In this document: positions 36,587 to 44,420 of the stretch, piece after piece | Layout of the letters: every line of letters begins with the position of its first letter | How positions within the stretch are numbered: the stretch's first letter is position 1 | Source of the DNA: Candidatus Onthoplasma faecipullorum | GTDB lineage: Bacteria; Bacillota; Clostridia; Christensenellales; UBA1242 | Assembly: GCA_019120295.1 (NCBI GenBank) | Contig: DWVI01000004.1 | Location: 166,758 to 230,757 of the forward strand | Reading direction: 5' to 3' | Length of the DNA: 64,000 nt | Translations under genes and position numbers: made by a program | The notes under the pieces: generated by a model | What the model was told of the DNA's origin: nothing | The model's input: the letters and a program-made list of their open reading frames with translations, nothing else | Database searches by the model: none

Positions 36587-36810
36587 AGGTTACAAAGCGG
36601 ACGCACGCCGTAGCGACCGTAAAATGCATAGTTGCTGCTCAGGCTACCGTTCGAGTAGACAAGGCGAACGATGCGAGAGGTCGACGAGCTAGGAGTTCTT
36701 AACCACCAATACCACGCTGCACCAGCGGCAGGGTCAGAAGAATAATCACTATCATCCACGCACGCTTGCGTTACATAAGCAATTCTACAGGCATTTGTGT
36801 TCTCTGAGAA
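36587..36810 (-). pseudogene. truncated inverted duplicate of the DGR target gene (115 bp upstream flank, VR2, 6 bp downstream)
   Basis: 36696-36810 is the exact reverse complement of 32687-32801. An in-frame TAA lies immediately upstream. There is no ATG and no RBS, only an internal GTG. Past the duplicate, the frame runs antisense into the 35468-36550 gene. Confidence 0.7.
36593..36695 (-). repeat. DGR variable repeat VR2 (second, remote, inverted)
   Basis: The reverse complement aligns without gaps to TR. There are 16 differences at TR adenines plus one G-to-A. It differs from VR1 at many adenine-templated positions. Confidence 0.85.
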
Positions 36811-36812
36811 AA

Positions 36813-37238
36813 TTAACTGTTATTTTTGTCTTGTTTTTGATTATCTTCAGCTATTTGAGTGCCTATATATGCTCTCATTTTTGCGTCTTGAAGCTGTTTT
36901 TCTTTATTTTCCTGCATAATTTTGTGTAAAACTTGCATTTGTTCAGGAGATGTTTCCTCTTTAACTATTGATTTGCCTGTTTTTTCTAAATATTTTTGCT
37001 CAATCTTATCAGGGTCTGCATATTTAATTATTAGTATTTCAGCAATTATACTTAAAATTGTCATTACAGCGAACACGATTCCAACAACTCCACCAGTAAC
37101 GCCGCAGGCTAAAACAATAAACGACGGAATATTAAAAGCTATCCAAGTGAAAATAAAACCAACGATTCCACTCTTCATTAGGGAAGTAAACGTCGCAAGT
37201 TTGCTCTCATATCTGTTAAATTCTATTCTTAAACGCAT
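36813..37238 (-). CDS. small membrane protein (two TM helices plus charged coiled C-terminal tail); moron-like gene opposite to the phage late genes
   Basis: AAGGAG 6 nt upstream of the ATG. Hydrophobic segments 'GIVGFIFTWIAFNIPSFIVLACGVTGGVVGIVFAVMTILSIIAEILII'. The stop codon is 2 nt from the VR2-bearing duplicate. Confidence 0.65.
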   Translation of the reverse strand: MRLRIEFNRYESKLATFTSLMKSGIVGFIFTWIAFNIPSFIVLACGVTGGVVGIVFAVMTILSIIAEILIIKYADPDKIEQKYLEKTGKSIVKEETSPEQMQVLHKIMQENKEKQLQDAKMRAYIGTQIAEDNQKQDKNNS

Positions 37239-37274
37239 AAATAACTCCTTTTACAGACACAGTTATTTTATGCG

Positions 37275-37309
37275 AATATAAAATAAAAGTGCCCTCCAAT
37301 GGAAGGCAC
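37275..37309 (-). terminator. leader terminator/attenuator hairpin upstream of the 36813-37238 gene
   Basis: 21-nt near-perfect palindrome GTGCCCTCCAATGGAAGGCAC (37289-37309), followed on the minus strand by TTTTATTTTATATT. Confidence 0.5.
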
Positions 37310-37434
37310 AGTCCTATACTAAACAAACCTTCCATTGTTGCGGCACAATTTTCCTTATGTAAGGTGGAAGTGTTTGTAGATAGGCAAAAAGCCACTCCTC
37401 ACATAAGGAAATTATTTAATTGTGTCGCATTAAA

Positions 37435-37463
37435 AGGATAACACAATTATCAAAAAATGTCAA
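37435..37463 (-). promoter_or_regulatory. sigma-70/sigA-type promoter for the structured leader
   Basis: On the minus strand, TTGACA (37463-37458), a 17-nt spacer, then TATCCT (37440-37435). The predicted start is at the base of the 37339-37429 hairpin. Confidence 0.4.
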
Positions 37464-37543
37464 ACAATTTAAAAAATTCAAAAACAAAGGGTATTGAAAT
37501 TTTGAAAATTATTTTATATAATTCAAGTGTGAGGTATCAAAAG

Positions 37544-38599
37544 ATGAAAGGAATGAGATATACAGCAAGACAAAAACGGAAAGCTTTACAGCTGTGGCAA
37601 GATGAAAATGAAGATATTTTCAAGGTGTGCAGCAGGTTCAAGTGCACAGAACGTTCTCTTTGGAGGTGGAAAGCATTATATGACGGAACTTTAGAGAGTT
37701 TAGAAAATAAATCGTCAAGACCTTTAACTCCGCATCCAAATTCCCATACAATTGAGGAAAAGACGGCTATTATAAATCTTTTTAAGAAAAAGCCTGATAT
37801 TTCATATAATGAGGCTTTTGGTATTTTGCGAGCCAAAAATGCGTATAAAAGGAGTTATGGAGGGTTTTATAACTTTATTTTAAAAAACAATATCCGACCG
37901 CATAAGTTAGTGGAAAAGTATATTCCTCAGCCTTATGAAACGCCTGAAATGCTTGGTGTAAAATGGCAAATGGACGTTAAATATGTTCCTGTAGTGTGCT
38001 ATAAAGGTGTAATGATACATTATGACGATAATAAATATTATCAATACACAATGATAGACGAAGCAACAAGAGAAAGATTTTTATATCCATACAAAGAGCA
38101 TAACATACAATCTACGTTAGATTTTGTTAAACGAGCAATTGCGTATTTTGGTTATGCTCCAGCTATTATTCAAACAGACAACGGCTCTGAATTTACCAAT
38201 ATTAAAAAACCAAACCAAAAAGAGCCTAAGATTCACGCCTTAGATATATTATTAAATAAATTAAATATAAGACATCAACTAATAAGAGCATATACTCCAA
38301 GACAAAACGGCAAAGTAGAACGCTCTCATAGAAGCGATCAGGAAAGTTTTTATAATCATTTAAAATTTAAAACTTATAATGAACTGAAAAAGAAAATGAT
38401 GGCGTGGAACATTACATACAACAATCGTCCGCACAGCTCGTTAAGAAATAGAGAGGGTAAACGAGTATGGTGGTCGCCACTGGAGAAAAGGGCAGACTTA
38501 CTCAATCTTCTTGAAGAGAAGAAAGAAGAATTTGACAAAGTTAGATTTTTAAAGAAAGAAAAATGTAAAACTATTCGGCAAATTTATAAAGTTGCGTAG
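37544..38599 (+). CDS. DDE transposase, integrase-core (rve) family with N-terminal HTH
   Basis: 'WQMDVKYV', 'IQTDNGSEFT' and 'YTPRQNGKVERSHRS' form the D, D, E triad context. ATG at 37544 follows GAGGT. Confidence 0.8.
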   Translation: MKGMRYTARQKRKALQLWQDENEDIFKVCSRFKCTERSLWRWKALYDGTLESLENKSSRPLTPHPNSHTIEEKTAIINLFKKKPDISYNEAFGILRAKNAYKRSYGGFYNFILKNNIRPHKLVEKYIPQPYETPEMLGVKWQMDVKYVPVVCYKGVMIHYDDNKYYQYTMIDEATRERFLYPYKEHNIQSTLDFVKRAIAYFGYAPAIIQTDNGSEFTNIKKPNQKEPKIHALDILLNKLNIRHQLIRAYTPRQNGKVERSHRSDQESFYNHLKFKTYNELKKKMMAWNITYNNRPHSSLRNREGKRVWWSPLEKRADLLNLLEEKKEEFDKVRFLKKEKCKTIRQIYKVA

Positions 38600-38622
38600 A
38601 TTTTATAAGATTGAGGGCGAAA

Positions 38623-38650
38623 TTCCCCCTGCAGGGGGAATAGGTTTTTT
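38623..38650 (+). terminator. rho-independent terminator
   Basis: TTCCCCCTGCAGGGGGAA palindrome followed by TAGGTTTTTT. Confidence 0.7.
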
Positions 38651-38839
38651 ATTGTCTAAGCATAAAAATTATTCAGTTTTCTTTGACTTTACTTTAATAA
38701 ATTAGTAAAATATATCAATAAATTCCTGTGTTTTTAGGTGTTTTTAGCCTCAAAAACAACTTTTCTCAAAAAAAATAAAATTTTTTCAAAAAAATACTGA
38801 AAAATGTTTGACAAATCTCAAAATAATCGTAATTTATTA

Positions 38840-38868
38840 TTGACAAATTGATTTCACTGTTATATAAT
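38840..38868 (+). promoter_or_regulatory. consensus sigA promoter TTGACA-17-TATAAT abutting the ATG at 38876 (leaderless candidate)
   Basis: -35 at 38840-38845 and -10 at 38863-38868. The ATG is 8 nt after the -10 and has no SD sequence. Confidence 0.6.
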
Positions 38869-38875
38869 TACGCGT

Positions 38876-39316
38876 ATGACAAATGAAATTATAGAACAAT
38901 ATAGATTAAAATTAATTGAAAAGTTTGGAGATCCAACACCGCGCGAAGTTGATGGCAAAACATACCGCTTTATAAATGAAAATTTAGATGAATTTAATGA
39001 AATAGTAGCGCAACTAAATGAAATTGAAGTTTTATTAAACAAACCTATTTCAGATGATGTGCTTGAATTAATTTGTATTTATTGTATGAAAGCAGACACT
39101 GCGAGAATTAAAAACATAAGAAAAAGTTTGCAAACATTAAAGAAAGGTTTTTCATACAATTATTATGCAAAAAAGAATGCCTGCGAATTATTTAAAGACC
39201 TTGAAAAAGATAAGGAAATAATAAAAGTTAACATTTTAAAACTAATCAATTATTTCCATGCACATATAAATACTTCCTTGGATAGTTATTCAAAACAACA
39301 TCATCCAATTTTTTAG
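38876..39316 (+). CDS. hypothetical protein (146 aa)
   Basis: ORF directly after a consensus promoter; terminator hairpin downstream at 39357-39392. Confidence 0.6.
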   Translation: MTNEIIEQYRLKLIEKFGDPTPREVDGKTYRFINENLDEFNEIVAQLNEIEVLLNKPISDDVLELICIYCMKADTARIKNIRKSLQTLKKGFSYNYYAKKNACELFKDLEKDKEIIKVNILKLINYFHAHINTSLDSYSKQHHPIF

Positions 39317-39356
39317 AAAAAACTTATAAAATTAAGTTGTTATTAAAATTTATAAA

Positions 39357-39392
39357 AAGAATGAGAAACTTTAAAGTCATTCTTTTTTTTAT
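39357..39392 (+). terminator. rho-independent terminator
   Basis: AAGAATGA (39357-39364) pairs with TCATTCTT (39377-39384), followed by a T-run. Confidence 0.65.
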
Positions 39393-39471
39393 TTTTGTTG
39401 ATATGACGTATAAGATTATTCTTGACACATCTTCACGCATTTTGTTACTATAAAATTCAAGGGGAATAAAA

Positions 39472-40158
39472 ATGGATAAAAAATATTATGAAGCGTATGA
39501 AGACCGCTACATTCAAGTGCACCAATCACAAAATAAACCTTGGGCCGGGGACAAGCCAAGCCCCACAATCGAAAAATTGCTTAAAAAATATGGCGTTAAC
39601 TCTAATTCGTCTATTTTAGAGATTGGTTGCGGTGAAGGACAAAATGCCATAAATTTACTTAAAAAGCAATATAACCTTGAAGCGAGTGACGTTTCCAATG
39701 AAGCAATTCGTTGGTGCAAAGAACAGGCAAGGCTTGCCGGGGTGGACGAAAATAGATTTTTTGTTATGGACATTCTTAACAATAAATTAGATAAAAAATA
39801 CGATTTCATTTTTTCAGTTGCAGTTTTACATATGCTTGTGGACGACAATGATAGGCATGAATTTTTTAACTTTGTAAGAAATCATTTGAAAGACGAAGGA
39901 AAAGCATTTATCATTGTAATGGGCGACGGTAAAATGACGCGTAAAACGGACACAACAAAAGCGTTTGACCTTGCAGATAGACCTTTTGAAGATAAAACAA
40001 TTCAAGTGGCAACAACGTCGTGCCGTATGGTCACTTGGGACACATATCTCAAAGAATTTAAAGAAGCAAAATTAAAAGTTATAGACCATTTTCTAGATAA
40101 AACCATTTCAGGTTTTGACGTTTCAATGGTTGCAGTTGCAGAAAAAGAAAGCACTTAA
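39472..40158 (+). CDS. class I SAM-dependent methyltransferase
   Basis: 'ILEIGCGEGQNAINL' is motif I (E/DxGxGxG); 'DFIFSVAVLHML' is motif II/III-like. Confidence 0.75.
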   Translation: MDKKYYEAYEDRYIQVHQSQNKPWAGDKPSPTIEKLLKKYGVNSNSSILEIGCGEGQNAINLLKKQYNLEASDVSNEAIRWCKEQARLAGVDENRFFVMDILNNKLDKKYDFIFSVAVLHMLVDDNDRHEFFNFVRNHLKDEGKAFIIVMGDGKMTRKTDTTKAFDLADRPFEDKTIQVATTSCRMVTWDTYLKEFKEAKLKVIDHFLDKTISGFDVSMVAVAEKEST

Positions 40159-40186
40159 AAAAGCATCAATTTGATGCTTTTTTTCT
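40157..40186. terminator. bidirectional terminator between convergent genes
   Basis: AAAAGCATCAA/TTGATGCTTTT hairpin with a T-run. Confidence 0.6.
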
Positions 40187-40237
40187 TTTATGATTTATAG
40201 TAATTTTTTATATGATTGATAGCAAATTATTTAAAAT

Positions 40238-41710
40238 TTATCTAATTGTAACTTTTCCTTCAATCCACGAAGAAAAGAAACTTTTTAGTTCAACACCGCA
40301 CTCACTTTCAAAAGCCGAGATTAAATTATCTGGTGTTGCATTTTTATATTTATTCTCTTCAAAATATTTTTTAATAGATGCCACAAACTTTTTTTCACCT
40401 ACCACTTGGTAAAGGCTATCATACATCAACACTCCTTTAACATATGTGCAGTAGGTGTATTCAGGTTCGGTGTCGTATAAATTTATGGCGCGCATGCTTG
40501 TGTCAATCGTGCCTAAAACATCTTCATATACGGTTATAAAAAGTGAATAATTATCTTTGCAGGCGCTAACCATTTCAGCGTGGGTGAAATTGTAGCCGTC
40601 GTTGTAATCATAGAATAGAATTGACGAGTATTCGGTTAGCGCTTCGTCTAGCCAAGGGTATAAAAATTCGTCATTTCCAACCATTCCGTACCACCATTGA
40701 TGCGCGGTCTCATGCACTATAACATTTTTGTAATCGTCTGGGTCGCTAACATCGGCACTTATCATTATAAGATTTGGATATTCCATACCGCCATACACAA
40801 AATCGGTTTTTACAATCGAAAAAGTGCTATAAGGATAGTCGCTAAACAAATCTGAGAAAGTTTTTATTGCGTCGACTCCTGCTTTTAAGTTGGAACTAGC
40901 ATTTTCGTCGTAAAAATAATAGTAGTAAATATTTGTGTTGTTCACTTTTTCTTCAATCACTGAAAATTTATCGCTTAAAACAAGTGCAAAATCGCGAACA
41001 GCACTCGCGCTAAAACTTGTGCTCGTTTGTGAATTTGACACATTTTCATCAACTTTTTCACCCGTTCCAGCAACAACTAAATCGCTATCCGCCGTGATTG
41101 TAACGTGGTAATTGCTCATTTCGCTATAAAATGGGTCGCCATTAGAATTGTAAGGGGAAACATTAAACTCGCCATTTTCATACACGCATGCAATAGGATA
41201 AAAATTTGCGATGTTGATTGTGTTTTTACCATATCCAAACCTGTGTTCACAATTTGGAAGAGTAAAAGAATAATCTATAATTATCTGTGTGCGTTCATTT
41301 GGCATTAGTGTTTTATTTAATTTAACATCTAGTATGTTATTAAATTCTTCGCTATACACAACAGAACAGTCCACATTTTCAACTTGCACGCGCGTAACTT
41401 CAAATTCTGAATAACTCATTCCGTTTGGATACGCTTCATTTAACTTAGTGCGAGAAACCACACTATCCGTTGCACCTTCTTTAAAAAACTGTGGATACAG
41501 GTGGAATTTTATCTCGGTTAAAGCATCTTGAGATGAATTTATGTAATCGAGTTGGACCTTTGCAGTGGCGGACATATCGTCATTTAAATCAACTGTTATG
41601 GTGTAATTGGATAAATTGCTTGCAATCTCACCTAAATCGTCCTTACTTTTGCAGGCAGTGCAAGAAAATATTAAAACTAGCGAAAATAAACACACAAAAA
41701 ATTTTCTCAT
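40238..41710 (-). CDS. M1-family zinc metallopeptidase, probable lipoprotein
   Basis: 'VHETAHQWWYGMVGNDE...WLDEALTEY' matches HExxH-x18-E (gluzincin M1). N-terminal 'LVLIFSCTAC' is signal/lipobox-like. Confidence 0.8.
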   Translation of the reverse strand: MRKFFVCLFSLVLIFSCTACKSKDDLGEIASNLSNYTITVDLNDDMSATAKVQLDYINSSQDALTEIKFHLYPQFFKEGATDSVVSRTKLNEAYPNGMSYSEFEVTRVQVENVDCSVVYSEEFNNILDVKLNKTLMPNERTQIIIDYSFTLPNCEHRFGYGKNTINIANFYPIACVYENGEFNVSPYNSNGDPFYSEMSNYHVTITADSDLVVAGTGEKVDENVSNSQTSTSFSASAVRDFALVLSDKFSVIEEKVNNTNIYYYYFYDENASSNLKAGVDAIKTFSDLFSDYPYSTFSIVKTDFVYGGMEYPNLIMISADVSDPDDYKNVIVHETAHQWWYGMVGNDEFLYPWLDEALTEYSSILFYDYNDGYNFTHAEMVSACKDNYSLFITVYEDVLGTIDTSMRAINLYDTEPEYTYCTYVKGVLMYDSLYQVVGEKKFVASIKKYFEENKYKNATPDNLISAFESECGVELKSFFSSWIEGKVTIR

Positions 41711-41906
41711 ACAAATAAATATGAAAAATATGTAAAAAAAATAACAAAATAATTAGTTTTTTATGTAATTGTCGTTTAGTGAACAAACTTTTCAATAAAT
41801 TTTTGTCATTAAATGTTATAAAATTTGGTAAATTTAGGCATGGAAAAACAATAAAGAAATTTTTAGTTTAATAGACAAATTTGTAAAATTGTGTTATTAT
41901 GTTGAC

Positions 41907-43340
41907 ATGTCATTTTGTAAGTTTAGTCCAAGTTTCACAACAAAAGCACAAACAATGGTAGATAACGCTTTTATACTAGACTATTTGCCAAAAGCACCCG
42001 ATTTATGTGTTAAAGCATATTTGTTAGGGTTACTTAAATGCAATAGTGGAGATAGCGAAGATAACACCATTGAGTTTTTTTCAAAAACCTTAAAGGTATG
42101 CGCCGATGATGTTATTTCACTTTTTAAATACTGGGAAGAAGAAGGTTTGGTGCAAGTTTTGTCAACCGACCCTGTGGAAGTTAGATACCTTCCTATCCAA
42201 ACTTCTGCGTCTATTAAGAAATTTAAAGTGGACAAATATAATGATTTCAACATTCAGGTTCAAGAATTGTTTGGTAAACGCATGATTATGCCAAACGAAT
42301 TTGCTGAATTTTACTTTTTGATTGAAACTAAACATATGGAAGAGCGTGCACTTCTTCAAATTATAAAGTATTGTGTAGAATATAAAGGCTTTAATTTGAG
42401 CCCTAATTATGTGTTAACTGTGGCGCGCGATTGGGAGCGCCAAGGAATTCACAGTTTAAAGCAAGTAACAGAAAAGATAAGCGAACTTGGTGAAGTGGAT
42501 GATAATATGACTTTGATACTCGACGCTATGGGAAGCAAGCGCAAAGTTCAACTTGAAGATAAGGAACTATTAAACAAGTGGCTAACTGGTTTTGGCTTTG
42601 AAATGAATGTTATAATTTATGTGGTTAAACTTATAAAAAATAAAAAACGTAGGCTAGATGTTAATGTGTTGGACGAATATTTGTCCAGATACTTTGAAAT
42701 GAAACTAATGTCTATTCAAGAAATTGAAGGATACGAAAAAGAAAAAGAAAATATGTATTTTATTGCCATGGCTGTGAATAAAGAACTCGGCATTTTCTAT
42801 GAAGACCTAACCAAAGAGATTGACACATACGTCGTTGCATGGATAAATATGGGTTTCGATATTGACACATTAAAACTTGTTGCGGACAACTGCTTTAAAT
42901 CAAGCATACGAACGCTCGACGGTTTTAATAACATCATTGTAAAATTATTTAAACTTGGCATAACAAACACCAACTCATACTTAAAATATATGAGTGACAA
43001 CATTGCAACGGATAATAGAATTAAAGCGGTTTTAGTGGCACTTGGACTAAACAGAAATGTAAACAATATGGATAGAAATTTCTTCAAAATTTGGTCGTCC
43101 GATTGGGGATTTAGCGACGAAATTATAATGTATGGCGCAACGTTAAGTGCAAACAAGGCAAACGCAATACAATATTTGAATAAAATTTTATCCAACTGGA
43201 ATAGTGAAGGGCTCAAAACTATTGATAAAGTGAAACTTGATAGTGTAAAACCAGAAGAAAAGCAAGAATTTATTCACAACAATTACACAAAAACTGAAAT
43301 CGCAAGTTTCTTAACTAATCTAGACGAAGTGGAGGTGTAG
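41907..43340 (+). CDS. replication initiation/membrane attachment protein (Firmicute DnaB/DnaD-domain family)
   Basis: Sits immediately upstream of dnaI, overlapping it by 1-2 nt. The size and the repeated DnaD-like C-terminal region 'ARDWERQGI...' / 'LSNWNSEGL' fit this family. Start chosen at the ATG at 41907 (the track TTG is at 41889). Confidence 0.55.
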   Translation: MSFCKFSPSFTTKAQTMVDNAFILDYLPKAPDLCVKAYLLGLLKCNSGDSEDNTIEFFSKTLKVCADDVISLFKYWEEEGLVQVLSTDPVEVRYLPIQTSASIKKFKVDKYNDFNIQVQELFGKRMIMPNEFAEFYFLIETKHMEERALLQIIKYCVEYKGFNLSPNYVLTVARDWERQGIHSLKQVTEKISELGEVDDNMTLILDAMGSKRKVQLEDKELLNKWLTGFGFEMNVIIYVVKLIKNKKRRLDVNVLDEYLSRYFEMKLMSIQEIEGYEKEKENMYFIAMAVNKELGIFYEDLTKEIDTYVVAWINMGFDIDTLKLVADNCFKSSIRTLDGFNNIIVKLFKLGITNTNSYLKYMSDNIATDNRIKAVLVALGLNRNVNNMDRNFFKIWSSDWGFSDEIIMYGATLSANKANAIQYLNKILSNWNSEGLKTIDKVKLDSVKPEEKQEFIHNNYTKTEIASFLTNLDEVEV

Positions 43341-43341
43341 T

Positions 43342-44262
43342 ATGGACAAACGTCAACTTATCTCAAACATAAAACAAAATTTCATGTTAAAACGTGTGCG
43401 CGCACAAGAAGAGTGCGAAGATTACATAAACACGTTGAGAAAAAATGAAGAATTTGACAAATTATACACTGAATATTCGCATGCAAAATTTGAATACTTA
43501 AAAACTTCATATGATGAAGAAAATATTGCGCTTAAACACGACATGCAAGACCTTCAAGAAAAAATCAACAAGTATTTAGACGCCCACGGCTATGATAAAA
43601 ACAAATTAACACCGCAATATGAATGTAAAATCTGTAACGACACAGGTGTTGCAGGTGGGCGAATTTGCTCGTGCCTTATGAAAGAATTAAATAAAACACT
43701 TAGCATTAAATCAAGTTCAATTTCTAAATTTAAATCCTTTAAAGATGTGGACACTTCAATCATGAGCGAAGCGGACACAAAAGCACTTGAAATTTTAAAA
43801 TCATGGTGTGATAAATACCCAAATGTCACAAAATTAAATATTAACATAATGGGTGCGTCAGGGAGTGGAAAAACTTTTCTTATGGAGTGTATGGCAAATG
43901 AACTTGTAACTAGTGGGCGCGTGGTAACCTTTAAAACCGCATTTGAACTAAATGAGTTGGCACGTTTATATCACATGGGAAAATCATACGAGTTTGCCGA
44001 TTTATTAAAAACAGATGTTTTGTTTATTGATGACCTTGGCACTGAACCAATTATAAAAAATGTAACCAAAGAATATTTATATAATTTAATAAATGTAAGG
44101 CAGATGAACAATCTTCCAACAATAATCAGCACAAACCTATCTGATAAGGATATTTTGTCACGCTATGACGAGCGAATTTTTAGTCGCCTTGCAAATAAAA
44201 ACTTATCTATCAATGTGATGTTAACATCTGGGGATAAACGTTTAATAAAAAAAACTAGATAA
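43342..44262 (+). CDS. dnaI: primosomal helicase loader DnaI
   Basis: N-terminal zinc motif 'CKICNDTG...RICSC'; Walker A 'GASGSGKTFL'; Walker B 'VLFIDDLG'. Confidence 0.8.
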   Translation: MDKRQLISNIKQNFMLKRVRAQEECEDYINTLRKNEEFDKLYTEYSHAKFEYLKTSYDEENIALKHDMQDLQEKINKYLDAHGYDKNKLTPQYECKICNDTGVAGGRICSCLMKELNKTLSIKSSSISKFKSFKDVDTSIMSEADTKALEILKSWCDKYPNVTKLNINIMGASGSGKTFLMECMANELVTSGRVVTFKTAFELNELARLYHMGKSYEFADLLKTDVLFIDDLGTEPIIKNVTKEYLYNLINVRQMNNLPTIISTNLSDKDILSRYDERIFSRLANKNLSINVMLTSGDKRLIKKTR

Positions 44263-44420
44263 AATCAAAAATTTCAAAAATTTCAAAAAAATCAAAAGTT
44301 GAAAATTATAAAAATATTGAAAAATTGAATAAAAAAATAAAAATTTTTGTATTTTTTAAGTTTAATCATATAAAATTTTAAAAGTAGAATAAAAAATTCA
44401 AATAATAAATAAAATAAGAT

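Larger units (their letters stand above)
1..36810 (+). mobile_element. Prophage, right-hand part (early/modification, packaging, virion, DGR, membrane-protein modules). The left end is outside the window and the right end is not mapped exactly.
   Basis: Unbroken same-strand array of abutting or overlapping ORFs with GGAGG-type RBS. Contains terminase small/large, portal, scaffold, a capsid-sized ORF and fibre-like ORFs. Between ~36.6 and 38.7 kb the sequence changes to housekeeping genes separated by long AT-rich spacers. Confidence 0.8.
37464..38650 (+). mobile_element. insertion sequence (IS481-family-like, single rve/DDE transposase); ends not defined
   Basis: Carries its own promoter TTGAAA (37494-37499), 17-nt spacer, TATAAT (37517-22), the transposase ORF, and a terminator at 38623-38650. 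I could not find terminal inverted repeats by eye. Confidence 0.5.

Noticed and set aside
36355-36759. 134-aa minus-strand ORF (MDDSDYSS...) as an intact second DGR target gene
   Set aside because: It starts at an internal GTG (Val in the full-length gene) with no SD, and a TAA lies in frame just upstream of the duplicated segment. After the VR the frame is antisense to the acidic tail of the 35468-36550 gene and gives S/F-rich junk. It is treated as a truncated duplicate carrying VR2.
36800-36830. Programmed -1 frameshift fusing the 141-aa membrane ORF to the VR2 fragment
   Set aside because: The VR2 frame has its own TAA (within CAA AAA TAA CAG) only a few nt upstream of the 141-aa ORF stop. 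Any slip on the A-run would hit that stop, and there is no X XXY YYZ heptamer after it.
38728-38747. Tandem 10-mer GTGTTTTTAG x2
   Set aside because: There are only two copies in an AT-rich spacer, which is too short to interpret. It is possibly near the IS right end, but there is no matching left-end sequence.
36551-38875. tRNA gene or att site marking the prophage end
   Set aside because: There is no cloverleaf-compatible sequence (no GGTTCGAATCC-like T-arm). The left prophage end is outside the window, so no att direct repeat can be matched.
40212-40412. 66-aa plus-strand ORF
   Set aside because: It is antisense to the 3' end of the M1 peptidase gene.
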